Positions 1 through 8,262 are shown, numbered from the stretch's first letter. The stretch is 51,473 nt of DNA from Candidatus Limnocylindrales bacterium (GCA_036002405.1 DASYTK010000041.1:1-51473), one strand, 5' to 3'. Program-made: numbers and translations. Notes: generated from the letters alone by a model not told the origin.

Positions 1-90
1 AGGTCACGACCGCATTAGCCGCATCCCCTTGTGCCGCATGGTGCTCCGCGCCTACCAGCTGGCAACCCGGCCCCGGCGACACGTGGTCAT

Positions 91-124
91 GCGCGTGGGC
101 TAACGCGGGTAATAGCCCACGCGC
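91..124. terminator. 12-bp perfect inverted repeat with a 10-nt loop, downstream of the integrase stop
   Basis: GCGCGTGGGCTA (91-102) and TAGCCCACGCGC (113-124) are exact reverse complements. It lies 40 nt past the frame-corrected integrase stop. No clear U-tract, so it could instead be a protein-binding site. Confidence 0.45.
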
Positions 125-163
125 GGCTGTTCCGGCGAACTCTGCACCACTCGTCTCGGCCTC

Positions 164-1091
164 CTACCGCTTCGCGCCGGCCAGGTGGTCCGCCGGCGAC
201 GCCACCGCGTGGCGGGCGACGAGATCGACGTCGGCCAGCGCGACATAGCGCTTCACCATGTCGAGCGTGGTGTGGCCGAGGATCCGCTGCAGGCTGAACA
301 CGTCTCCGCCATTGACGAGATAACTGCGGGCGAAGGAGTGGCGCAGCGAGTGCGGGGCTCAGCCGCCCGGCGATGCCGACGCGAGTCTTGAGCCGTCGGA
401 CCAGCTGCTGGATGCCGCGGGCGTCGAGCGATCCCCGCCGGCCCAGGAAGAGCGCCTCATCAGGCGCCCCGACACCGCGCTGTCCCAAGTAGCGGACGAT
501 CGCCGCGCGTGCGGTCGAGCCCACCGGCACGATCCGCTCCTTCGCGCCCTTGCCGTGCACCTTGAGGGTGCCGTCGGGTCGCAGGTCGCGGAGGCGGAGG
601 CTGGCTGCCTCGGAGACGCGGAGGCCGGTGTCGAGCAGCAGAAGCAGGATCGCCCGGTCGCGCACTGAGGCGATCGCAAGCAGCCGGCGCAGCACGTCGT
701 CGCCGACCGGCTCGACGAGCTTGTCCGGGACGCGCGGCTTGCGCAATGACCGCAGGGCGGTAGCCTCGGCGAGCTCTTCGGCCGCCAGCCAATTGCCGAA
801 GACCTTGAGCGTTCGGACGAAGCCCGCGACGCTCACAGGCGCGAGCGTCGCGCGGAGCGCGAGGATCCACTCGCGCAGCTCCGGCCCGCTGAGCCTATCG
901 AGCGGTCGCTCGTGGCCTAGGGAGCGCGCCGCGCGCAGCAGGATCATCCGATACCACTCGAGGGTCTTCGCCGCGGCGCCCTCGGCGGCCTTCGCGGCGA
1001 GAAACAGCTCGACCGCGCGGCCGAGGGTCAGCTGGCCGCCAGAATCAGGTACCCACCGATTCGGCTTGCCCGAATCAGGTGCCCGTCGCAT
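164..1091 (-). pseudogene. Tyrosine recombinase/integrase (XerC/D-like), frameshifted by one extra base
   Basis: DTGLRVSE (R) and HGKGAKER (K) lie in the first frame. After removing one base from GGGG at 354-357 the reading continues SPHSLRHSFARSYLVNGGDVFSLQRILGHTTLDMVKRYV (HxxR, H, Y) to TAG at 164-166. The ATG start at 1091 is probable. Confidence 0.85.
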
Positions 1092-1129
1092 GTCGTTCGC
1101 CTCCCGCGACGGGCCGCGGATCCGGCGTT

Positions 1130-1193
1130 CGACCACGACATCGGGTGCTCCGGCGCCTCAGCGACCACAACATCGTGTGCTTTGGCGCGGAGC
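1130..1193. repeat. Two tandem 32-nt imperfect direct repeats between the integrase start and the tRNA 3' end
   Basis: CGACCACGACATCGGGTGCTCCGGCGC (1130-1156) vs CGACCACAACATCGTGTGCTTTGGCGC (1162-1188), 23/27 identical. The second 32-nt unit ends at 1193, next to the tRNA CCA. Confidence 0.8.
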
Positions 1194-1268
1194 TGGCTGG
1201 CGAGGAAGGATTCGAACCTTCGATCTCCTGATCCAGAGTCAGGCGCCTTACCGCTTGGCCACTCGCCA
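1194..1268 (-). tRNA. trnQ: tRNA-Gln (anticodon CTG), CCA encoded
   Basis: The reverse complement folds into a cloverleaf: acceptor TGGCGAG/CTCGCCA, anticodon arm CCTGA-CTCTGGA-TCAGG, T-loop GGTTCGAATCC, 3' G-CCA. Confidence 0.97.
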
Positions 1269-1280
1269 GTGCCGTTGGAG

Positions 1281-1286
1281 ATGATA
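1281..1286 (-). promoter_or_regulatory. -10 element (TATCAT) of the tRNA-Gln promoter
   Basis: A TANNNT hexamer 12 nt upstream of the mature tRNA 5' end. Confidence 0.55.
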
Positions 1287-1423
1287 GCGGAGGCCTCCGG
1301 GCCCCCGTCGCGAGGGCCTCACCGGGACTGAGCGACGCCCCCGCGAGGGGCGAGGCGATCGGGCGGCGCTCGATTTGGGGTGGCGGCGCGCGTGATACCG
1401 AGTTGCCAGCTCGGTTCAGGCGG

Positions 1424-1606
1424 CTACTTCTTTGACCTCGACCTCGAGCGTGAGGACTTCGTCTCGCCCTTCTCGGAGCGCTCCTTGTTGACCGTTCGGG
1501 CGGCGCGCTCCTTGGCCTCTTCGGTGGAGACCCCGCGGTCCTTGTACGACTCCTTGATGTGCTCGTACTGGCGTTCGCGCTTGTCGCTCCAGGCTTCCTG
1601 CGGCAT
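1424..1606 (-). CDS. Small basic hydrophilic protein of the 'KRERQYEHIK...AARTVNKER' family, function unknown
   Basis: Strong SD (AGGAGGT) upstream of the ATG at 1606. Recognisable conserved motif WSDKRERQYEHIKES...AARTVNKER. Confidence 0.8.
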   Translation of the reverse strand: MPQEAWSDKRERQYEHIKESYKDRGVSTEEAKERAARTVNKERSEKGETKSSRSRSRSKK

Positions 1607-1837
1607 TCGATACACCTCCTGTGGCACGAGCGGCGGACGTCAGCTGCCGTCCGTGCATCCCCGAAGGGTCGACCAGGCCGGCTGCCAGCCAGGCCCCTCC
1701 GCCGGGCGCGTCACGTGTCGAACGTGTTACGGGTGCCACGCGGATGCAAGGCTGCGCGGCAGCCACCGTGCCGGGGCGTGACAGCGGGAGCAGAATCCTC
1801 ACCACGTCGGGGGGCGTAGAGGAAGGGAGGCCGCTTC

Positions 1838-2692
1838 ATGCCCACCGTACCGATCGAGAGCTGGCAGGACGCGCTCCTGGCCGCCTGGGCGTCCTTCGTA
1901 GCTGCCATCCCGGCGGTCATCGCCGCCCTGCTGATCCTCCTGATCGGCTGGGTCATCTCGAACATCCTGGCCAGGATCGCGGAAGAAGTCTTCGAGCGGC
2001 TGGGCGCCGACCGGCTGTACGCCGAGCACGGTGGCCAGCAGATCTACGGCGACGCGGGCTGGCGCTTCACCCCGAGCGACGTCGCCGCCACGGTCGTCAA
2101 GTGGGTGATCCGGATCGTCGCCCTCGTTGCGGCCGCGAACGTCCTGGGCCTGACCCAGGTCAGCCTGCTCCTCAACCAGGTGATCCTCTGGATCCCGAAC
2201 CTCGTCGTCGCGGCGATCATCCTGCTCGTCGCCCCGCTGATCGGGCGCTTCCTTCGTGGCCTGATCGAGGTGGGGGCGGGACAGATGGGCTTCTCCAATG
2301 CCCCGTTTCTCGGGCGGATCGCGGAGATCGCCGTGATCGCCTTCGCCGTCGTGATCGCGATCAACCAGATCGGCATCGCGGCGAACCTCGTGAACATCCT
2401 GTTCATCGGGATCGTGGCGGCGATCTCGCTCGCCTTTGGCCTGGCCTTCGGCCTGGGCGGCCGGGACGTGGCCGCCGAGATCACGAGGGGCTGGTATCAA
2501 ACCTCGCGCCAGGCGGCCGACAGGGTCCGCGTCGCGACGAGCGCGGGTGCGGCCGGGGGCAGGGCAGGGCGCGCTTCGGCGACGGCGCCGCGGACGCGCC
2601 GCACGACGCCGGCCTCGAGCCCGGCCAATCAGCCCACGAGCGTCGTCCGCGCGCCTCGGCGCCGCCTTCCCCGGGCACTCCCGCCCGGCTAG
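1838..2692 (+). CDS. Conserved-TM-helix repeat membrane protein (MscS-associated/CmpX-like)
   Basis: Two copies of the IP.[VL]..A.[LI]ILL[IV] helix pattern, and a C-terminal AFGLAFGLGGRD motif. SD GGGAGG precedes the ATG. Confidence 0.8.
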   Translation: MPTVPIESWQDALLAAWASFVAAIPAVIAALLILLIGWVISNILARIAEEVFERLGADRLYAEHGGQQIYGDAGWRFTPSDVAATVVKWVIRIVALVAAANVLGLTQVSLLLNQVILWIPNLVVAAIILLVAPLIGRFLRGLIEVGAGQMGFSNAPFLGRIAEIAVIAFAVVIAINQIGIAANLVNILFIGIVAAISLAFGLAFGLGGRDVAAEITRGWYQTSRQAADRVRVATSAGAAGGRAGRASATAPRTRRTTPASSPANQPTSVVRAPRRRLPRALPPG

Positions 2693-3699
2693 CGGCGGCC
2701 CAGGTTCGCCAGGTCGGTGATCGCCGCCTGGAGCTTCGAGGCGGCCGCCGTGGCGTCCTTCTTCATCTGGTCGAGGCGCGCGACGACCTGGGGGTCGGCT
2801 CCCGAGCCCCCGAAGAAGCGCTTCGCCGTCGCCTCGAGCTCCGTCGGCGTCTTGTCGCGGACCGCCCCGACCTTGGGGTCCACGTAGCCGATCACAGGCC
2901 TGGGCTTGCCCGTCGGCGAGCGCTGGATCGAGGAGACCTCGACCGCCTCGCGCTTGTCGGCCGGGCCGTACCACTCGGCCTCGGCGTTCTCGGTCATCCT
3001 GGTCAGCACGTCGTCCGAGCCCGAGTCGGCGTAGATGACGGTGCCGACCGGGAGGCGCTTGACCTTCTTCGCTGCGCGGATGTTGCCTGAGCCTTCGATC
3101 ATCGAATCGCCTCCAGAAGGACCTCCAGACGGGGCCACGGGCGGATTGCTCATCGCGATGACGAGAGAGGTCTTCGTGCCCCGAGCCTTGACCGCGAAGC
3201 GCTCGAGGGCGTCCTTGATGAGCGTCTTTGGGTAGCGCTTAAAGTCGCGGCACAGGGGGTCCCAGCCGATCAGGTCGTTGCCGGCGTCCTCGAGGCCCAT
3301 CATCGCGTGCCCGAAGGAGCCGCCTCGCTGGCACGTGTGCGGGCCACCACCGATCGGGGTGTAATCGAGCTGCCAGTTCACGGCGTGACCCGCCCGCAGC
3401 AGGCCCACCATCTCGTCGAAGTCGATCCCCATCGGGATCGCCAGCTCCAGTCCGAAGTGGCGCCAGGCCGTGGAGAGATTGCTGAGATTCGTGCCACCCG
3501 AAGTGTCGCCTGACCAGCGCCGCATCTCGGGCGGCGTCACCGCCACCCGGCCGTTCGTCTGGTCGTCAGCGAGCATCGCGCCCACGGCCAGGTTGCAGTT
3601 GAGCCCGTCGAACAGGGTCCCCCAGCGGGTCGTTCCCACCGAGCCGTCGGCGGCGTTGCGATAGAACTGGTTCCGCCGGAGCGGGCGACGCCTAGCCAC
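2689..3699 (-). CDS. Papain-fold C39-like peptidase with a C-terminal unknown domain (endolysin-like architecture)
   Basis: Candidate catalytic Cys (GLNC), His (FGHAM) and Asp (WDP), plus a GGTNL motif. A Pro/Gly linker (PPVAPSGGPSGGDS) follows. No signal peptide. The GTG start at 3699 overlaps the upstream ORF by 8 nt. Confidence 0.7.
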   Translation of the reverse strand: MARRRPLRRNQFYRNAADGSVGTTRWGTLFDGLNCNLAVGAMLADDQTNGRVAVTPPEMRRWSGDTSGGTNLSNLSTAWRHFGLELAIPMGIDFDEMVGLLRAGHAVNWQLDYTPIGGGPHTCQRGGSFGHAMMGLEDAGNDLIGWDPLCRDFKRYPKTLIKDALERFAVKARGTKTSLVIAMSNPPVAPSGGPSGGDSMIEGSGNIRAAKKVKRLPVGTVIYADSGSDDVLTRMTENAEAEWYGPADKREAVEVSSIQRSPTGKPRPVIGYVDPKVGAVRDKTPTELEATAKRFFGGSGADPQVVARLDQMKKDATAAASKLQAAITDLANLGRR

Positions 3700-3898
3700 C
3701 CTCGGGCTCCGGCAGGGTGTCGCCCGGGGCGGGAGTCGGCAGATCGTCGCCCGGGACCGCGCCGGCGTGGACCTTCCGAGGCGGCTCCTCCCCATTGAAG
3801 GGCGGATGCTCGGAGAGCGGACGCTCGTCCCGGGCACAGAGGGGATCGCTCTCCATCCCGGTGTCGGCGTCCTTCCAGACGAACTCGTGCTCGATCAT
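3692..3898 (-). CDS. 68-aa acidic, Pro-rich peptide translationally coupled to the peptidase
   Basis: SD GGAGGG 6 nt before the ATG. Its stop overlaps the peptidase start (GTGGCTAG). Confidence 0.6.
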   Translation of the reverse strand: MIEHEFVWKDADTGMESDPLCARDERPLSEHPPFNGEEPPRKVHAGAVPGDDLPTPAPGDTLPEPEGG

Positions 3899-4056
3899 CC
3901 GCGACCCTCCCGCGCTCGCTGGCGCCAGGCCTCACTCCGGCCGTCCGGCGCTCCTCGCGACCTCCTCACGCACTAGCGTCCACCGGGTGTCAATAGGGAC
4001 CGGTCACGAGGTCGATCAGAGATTGACCGGGCCGCCCGCCCACCGTTCGCTCGGCG

Positions 4057-6849
4057 TCAGTCGAGCGGCGGTAGCTCCTGGTCGTACTCGAGCGCGCCTC
4101 GGAAGGGATCGCCGGCGCGCTCGACGCGATCGGGCACGTCCCGGATCGTCCAGCGGTCCGAGCGGAGGTCCGGATCGTCGAGCTCTGCCCAGCCGATCGG
4201 GGCCGAGACGGGCGCGCCCGCGGCGGGCCGCACCGCGTACGGCGCGACGAGCGTCTTGATCTGCGCGTTCTGGGTGTAGTCGAGGCGGATCCGCCCGCGC
4301 CGGGCCGACACCGTCCACTCCCAGGAGACGAGCTCCGGTACGAGCTGCCCCACCGCCCGGGAGAGCTGCTCGACCCAGGCGCTCGTCTCGGCGAACGAGT
4401 AGCGGGGCCGGATCGGGATCCACACCTGGATGCCGCGCCGGCCCGTCGTCTTCGGGTAGGCCCGCAGACCCAGATGCTCGAGCGCGGTCCGGTAGAGGCG
4501 GGCCACCGTGAGGACCCCCTCGAAGGTCGAGCGATCACCCGGGTCGATGTCGACGTAGGCGTAGGTGGGCCGGTCGAGCGCTTCGAGTCGGGCGGTCCAG
4601 GGATGGATCTCGAACGCGGCCGAGTTGGCCAGCCAGGCCATCGTCGCCACCCGGTCGGCGATGAGGTGCGTGTTCGCCTTCCGTTCCTCGGTGTCGACGT
4701 CGGTCTCGGTCCAGCGGCGGAGCCAGCTCGGGGTGTGATCGGGCAGGTCCTTCTGCCAGAAACCGGATCCGAAGGCGCCGTTGGGATAGCGATGGAGGTT
4801 GAGCGGTCGCTCCGCGAGGTAGGGGAGGATGACCGGCGAGATCGTCACGAAGTAGCGGATCAGCTCGCGCTTCGTGATGGGGGGCTCTTTCGTGCCCTCG
4901 CGCGGCGGGAAGAGCTCCTTGTCGAGGTTCGTCAGCGCCAGCCGCTCGCCGCCGATCTCCCACGTTCCGTCCTTCTTCATCGTGTCGAGCGCCTCGAGCT
5001 CGGCCTGGGTGGTGCGGTCCGGCGGGCCCGAGCGCCTCGCCCGCGGCGCCGACCGGCCGGCGCGCCGCGGCTTCTTCTCGGGTTCCGCCCCGGGAGGATC
5101 GCTCTCCCCCCGCCGGCGAGCGCTCGCCGCGGCCCGCTCGGCACTCTTGACCGCAGCGGCCGTCGCGACCGCTCTCTCACGCGTCACCGAGGCGGGATCG
5201 CGACCGACCTCGAGACCCTTGTAGGCGCCCTGGCGCAGGAGCCCGTCGGTCGTCCACTCGCTGAACTCGACGCGAACGACGAGCCGCGGCTCCGTCCAGC
5301 GGGCGTCCTTGATCCGGACCGGCTCGTCGAAGGGTGGGTCGTCGCGGCGGATCGAGTCGAGGCTCTTGACGAGCTCGGCGCGCGTCTTCGTGTCGATGCC
5401 GCTGCCCACCTCGCCCGCGAAGACGAACCGCCCGTCCTCGTGGACGCCCAGGATGAGCGAGCCCAGGTCCTTGTGGCTGCCCTTGCCTGGCACGTAGCCG
5501 GCGACGACGAGCTCCTGCTCGCGGCGGATCTTGATCTTCAGCCAGGAGCGCGACCGCTTGCCCGGCTCGTAGTGGCCCTGACGGAGCTTGGCCACGATCC
5601 CCTCGAGGCCACGCTGACGGGCCACGTCGTGGAAGGCCTCGCCGTCGGCCTCGATGTGCGAGGCGTAGCGGACGAGGTCATGGTCTCGCAGGACACTCCG
5701 GAGCAAGCGCTTCCGCCCCTCGAGCGGTACGTCGAGGAGCGAGCGGCCGTCGAGGTAGAGGAGGTCGAAGACCTCGTAGGCGAGCGGGATCTCCGCCGCC
5801 GCGGCCTCCTTCGGGGGCCGACCCGGTTCGGTCCGTCCGTGTTCCCCGGCCCGAATGCCCGTGCGGTCCTGGAGCAGGCTGAAGTCCGGTCGGCCGTCGC
5901 GGTCGAAGGCGACAACTTCCCCGTCCACGATCGCCTCACGTGCGCGGATCCAGGCCGGTGGCCCGGTCAGGTCGGGAAAATAGCGTCCGGCGTCCTGCTG
6001 ATTGCGGGTCCACAGGCGGAGCCGGCCCTCGCTCACCACCGCCTCGACTCGATAGCCGTCCCACTTCAGCTCGAACAGCCAGTCGGGGTCGCTGAAGGGC
6101 CGGTCGGTGAGCGTCGCCTTCATCGGGGGGACGAAGTCGGGCATCGGCGCCTCGACCGCGCCCGAGAGGTCGATCGCCGCCTGGTCGGCCGGGGCGCTGC
6201 TGTCCCAGAGCACATCGGCTCCGACGGCGACCTGGTCGTTCGTCCGGCCCGTCTTCACGGAATGGGGATGGTCGTCGATGTCCCAGTCCGGGTCGGCGGC
6301 CTCGTCGCGCTTCTTGATCAGCAGCCAGTTCTCCTTGTCGCTCCCCTCGAGCGCACCCGGGCGCGTTCGGACGAGCGTAAAGCGGCCGCCGAGCTTCTCC
6401 CCGTTGAGGCGGAACTTCAGCTCACCGTCGCGGACGGCCCTGGCCGGGTCGTCGGTCTCCTCCGGCTCCCACGTGCCCCAGTCCCAGACGACGACGTCGC
6501 CGCCTCCGTACTCGCCCTTGGGGATCACGCCTTCGAAGTCGAAGTAGTCGAGCGGGTGGTCTTCGACGTGGACGGCCATCCGGCGCTGGCCTGGATCGAG
6601 CGAGGGCCCCTTGGGGATCGCCCAGCTCACGAGGACGCCGTCGATCTCGAGCCTGAAGTCGTAGTGGAGCCTGGTCGCGCGGTGGCGCTGGACGACGAAA
6701 CGCCGATCCCCGCTCGGAGGCCGCACGGCACGACCAGCCGGGCCGGTCGCTCGCTTCGTCGGGCGCCGGCGCGTCCTTCCCCGCCCTTCACCCGACGGCT
6801 CGGGGGTCTTCGTGAAATCCCGCTTGCGGCGGTATCGCTCGAGGCTCAT
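4057..6849 (-). CDS. ligD: NHEJ DNA ligase D (phosphoesterase - ATP-dependent ligase - AEP polymerase)
   Basis: PE domain HRATRLHYDFRLE...SWAIPKGP...EDHP. Ligase motifs ELKWDGYR, DGEVV, FDLL, EGIVAK. Polymerase motifs VDIDP, KTTGRRG, RLDYTQN. Confidence 0.96.
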   Translation of the reverse strand: MSLERYRRKRDFTKTPEPSGEGRGRTRRRPTKRATGPAGRAVRPPSGDRRFVVQRHRATRLHYDFRLEIDGVLVSWAIPKGPSLDPGQRRMAVHVEDHPLDYFDFEGVIPKGEYGGGDVVVWDWGTWEPEETDDPARAVRDGELKFRLNGEKLGGRFTLVRTRPGALEGSDKENWLLIKKRDEAADPDWDIDDHPHSVKTGRTNDQVAVGADVLWDSSAPADQAAIDLSGAVEAPMPDFVPPMKATLTDRPFSDPDWLFELKWDGYRVEAVVSEGRLRLWTRNQQDAGRYFPDLTGPPAWIRAREAIVDGEVVAFDRDGRPDFSLLQDRTGIRAGEHGRTEPGRPPKEAAAAEIPLAYEVFDLLYLDGRSLLDVPLEGRKRLLRSVLRDHDLVRYASHIEADGEAFHDVARQRGLEGIVAKLRQGHYEPGKRSRSWLKIKIRREQELVVAGYVPGKGSHKDLGSLILGVHEDGRFVFAGEVGSGIDTKTRAELVKSLDSIRRDDPPFDEPVRIKDARWTEPRLVVRVEFSEWTTDGLLRQGAYKGLEVGRDPASVTRERAVATAAAVKSAERAAASARRRGESDPPGAEPEKKPRRAGRSAPRARRSGPPDRTTQAELEALDTMKKDGTWEIGGERLALTNLDKELFPPREGTKEPPITKRELIRYFVTISPVILPYLAERPLNLHRYPNGAFGSGFWQKDLPDHTPSWLRRWTETDVDTEERKANTHLIADRVATMAWLANSAAFEIHPWTARLEALDRPTYAYVDIDPGDRSTFEGVLTVARLYRTALEHLGLRAYPKTTGRRGIQVWIPIRPRYSFAETSAWVEQLSRAVGQLVPELVSWEWTVSARRGRIRLDYTQNAQIKTLVAPYAVRPAAGAPVSAPIGWAELDDPDLRSDRWTIRDVPDRVERAGDPFRGALEYDQELPPLD

Positions 6850-6895
6850 CGGCAGCTGCTACGGACAGGGAGGCAACGATGGCGCCCCCGCAAGG

Positions 6896-7192
6896 CTAGC
6901 GGTTCTGGCCCGCCTCGCGGACGTCGTCGTCGGTCGCCTTCGGGCCCTCGCGGTGGCCGGACGGTTCCTCACGCCGCTCCACCCGATGCGCCGCGGCGCC
7001 CTCGCCGCTCGACCTCGTGGCCGAGGCGGCGACCCGTTCGTCCTTCGGCCCCACGCCGCCGGGGATCGTGTCGGCGGCCCATTCGGGCTCATGGCCGACG
7101 TAGGCGCCCGGGTCGGCCCGGGGCTCGCCGCCTTCCTCCCCTTCCTCGCGATCCTCTCGGTCCCCCTGCGGTTCGACTCGTTCGTCCGTCAT
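6896..7192 (-). CDS. Small acidic hydrophilic protein, first gene of a probable operon with ligD
   Basis: SD AGGAGG with a short spacer before the ATG at 7192. E/D/G/R-rich with no hydrophobic segment. Ends 46 nt upstream of ligD. Confidence 0.7.
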   Translation of the reverse strand: MTDERVEPQGDREDREEGEEGGEPRADPGAYVGHEPEWAADTIPGGVGPKDERVAASATRSSGEGAAAHRVERREEPSGHREGPKATDDDVREAGQNR

Positions 7193-7262
7193 CGATTCAT
7201 CCTCCTGCGTCACAGCCTGCTGTTCGACCCGATGCCATCACGGTCTCCCTTCCGACGCCCAT

Positions 7263-7319
7263 CTTGCAGCCTGCTTGCGACCGCCACGGTCGCCGACCCG
7301 GGCGTTACGGAGCTGCAAG
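7263..7319. promoter_or_regulatory. Back-to-back TGCAAG direct-repeat boxes in a divergent intergenic region
   Basis: Minus strand GTCGCAAG-cag-GCTGCAAG (7281-7263). Plus strand GGCGTTAC-gga-GCTGCAAG (7301-7319). Related boxes recur at other promoters in the window (see findings). Confidence 0.5.
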
Positions 7320-7372
7320 CGTGGGCGTGGGATATTTGCTGAACAGACCGCAGCGGGGGGCAGGAGGACCGG

Positions 7373-7678
7373 ATGCCGGAGCTCGATGCCAGGGACCGGG
7401 ACAAGCTCAGGAAGAGCCAGTTCGCCTACGTCGACAAGCAGGGCGAGGGTCATCTTCCGATCAACGACGAGTCCCACGTCCGCAATGCGATGGCCCGCTT
7501 CAACCAGACCGAGTTCGAGAGCGCGGCGGCCAAGGAGCGAGCGCGCAAGAAGATCCTCTCGGCAGCGAAGAAGCACGGCATCGAGGTGGATCCGAGCGAC
7601 AAGATCGCCAGGCCGGCCAGGGGTCTTCGGGCCGCGAGCACGAAGGCAGGCCCGCGGGGCGGCCGAAAGACCGGCTGA
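7373..7678 (+). CDS. Small conserved protein (DUF6582-like)
   Basis: The pattern RDKL..SQFAY...HLPINDESHVRNAMARFNQT...A.KKILSAAKKHGIEV resembles that family as I recall it. SD AGGAGG present. Confidence 0.7.
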   Translation: MPELDARDRDKLRKSQFAYVDKQGEGHLPINDESHVRNAMARFNQTEFESAAAKERARKKILSAAKKHGIEVDPSDKIARPARGLRAASTKAGPRGGRKTG

Positions 7679-7690
7679 CCCGGCTCCCCG

Positions 7691-8155
7691 CTACAGCAGC
7701 GAGCGCTCTTCGGGCCAGGTCATCGTCAGGAGGGCCGCGCTCTCCTCCCGCGCCTCGATCGACCAGGCGCGGCCGGAATCCAGGACGGCGAGCTCGCCCG
7801 CCACGAGCTCCATCCCCTCGCCGTCGCGTGAGACCTCCACGGCTCCCTCCACGATCTCGACCGTCAGCCGGCCGTGGGCCATCTCCTCTCCGATCCGCGC
7901 GCCGGGCCGGAGGGCGGCCAGCACGACCCGAAGATCCGGCTCCTTGGCCAGGGTGACGGCGTTCCGATCCCCCGCCCGGTAGGCCGGCTCGTCCCGCAGG
8001 CGCTCCAGCTCGGACGCGATCCCGACCACGACGACCGGGGCGATCAGCTCGCGCGGCTCCCGGTCGTCGCTGCCGCTCGTGTGCTCGGGCGGACGCGGCT
8101 GGGTTGTCGCTTCGCGGTCCATGCGCTCGTCCGCCGCCCCATGTCCCCGGTCCAT
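7691..8155 (-). CDS. Cupin-domain protein
   Basis: LAKEPDLRVVLAALRPGARI...HGRLTVEIVEGAVEV...L.AGELAVL is a cupin barrel pattern. TATCCT lies 6 nt upstream of the ATG at 8155 (leaderless). Confidence 0.8.
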   Translation of the reverse strand: MDRGHGAADERMDREATTQPRPPEHTSGSDDREPRELIAPVVVVGIASELERLRDEPAYRAGDRNAVTLAKEPDLRVVLAALRPGARIGEEMAHGRLTVEIVEGAVEVSRDGEGMELVAGELAVLDSGRAWSIEAREESAALLTMTWPEERSLL

Positions 8156-8262
8156 CGGACGAGGATAGCGCCGGCCACCGGGCTCGGCTCGTTGACGCGT
8201 CCCGTTTGGCGGCGCTAGGCTGCCCCGGCCTCCGCTTCACGGTCACATGCGATGGAGGAGCG

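Larger units (their letters stand above)
1..1193. mobile_element. Edge of a putative tRNA-Gln-anchored integrative element or genomic island, extending left out of the window
   Basis: A tyrosine integrase gene starts about 100 bp downstream of the tRNA 3' end on the same strand, the standard layout of tRNA-targeting islands. The second att copy is not in the window. Confidence 0.55.

Noticed and set aside
4057-6849. LigD domain order PE-ligase-polymerase as a novelty
   Set aside because: This is the known Pseudomonas-type arrangement.
6856-6861. TAGCAG 6 nt upstream of the ligD ATG as another leaderless promoter
   Set aside because: It lacks the highly conserved final T of the -10 hexamer. 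Co-transcription from the upstream small gene is the simpler explanation.
4474-7956. 1160-aa plus-strand ORF
   Set aside because: Antisense shadow of ligD and neighbours. Long stop-free opposite frames are expected at this GC content, and it shows no recognisable motifs.
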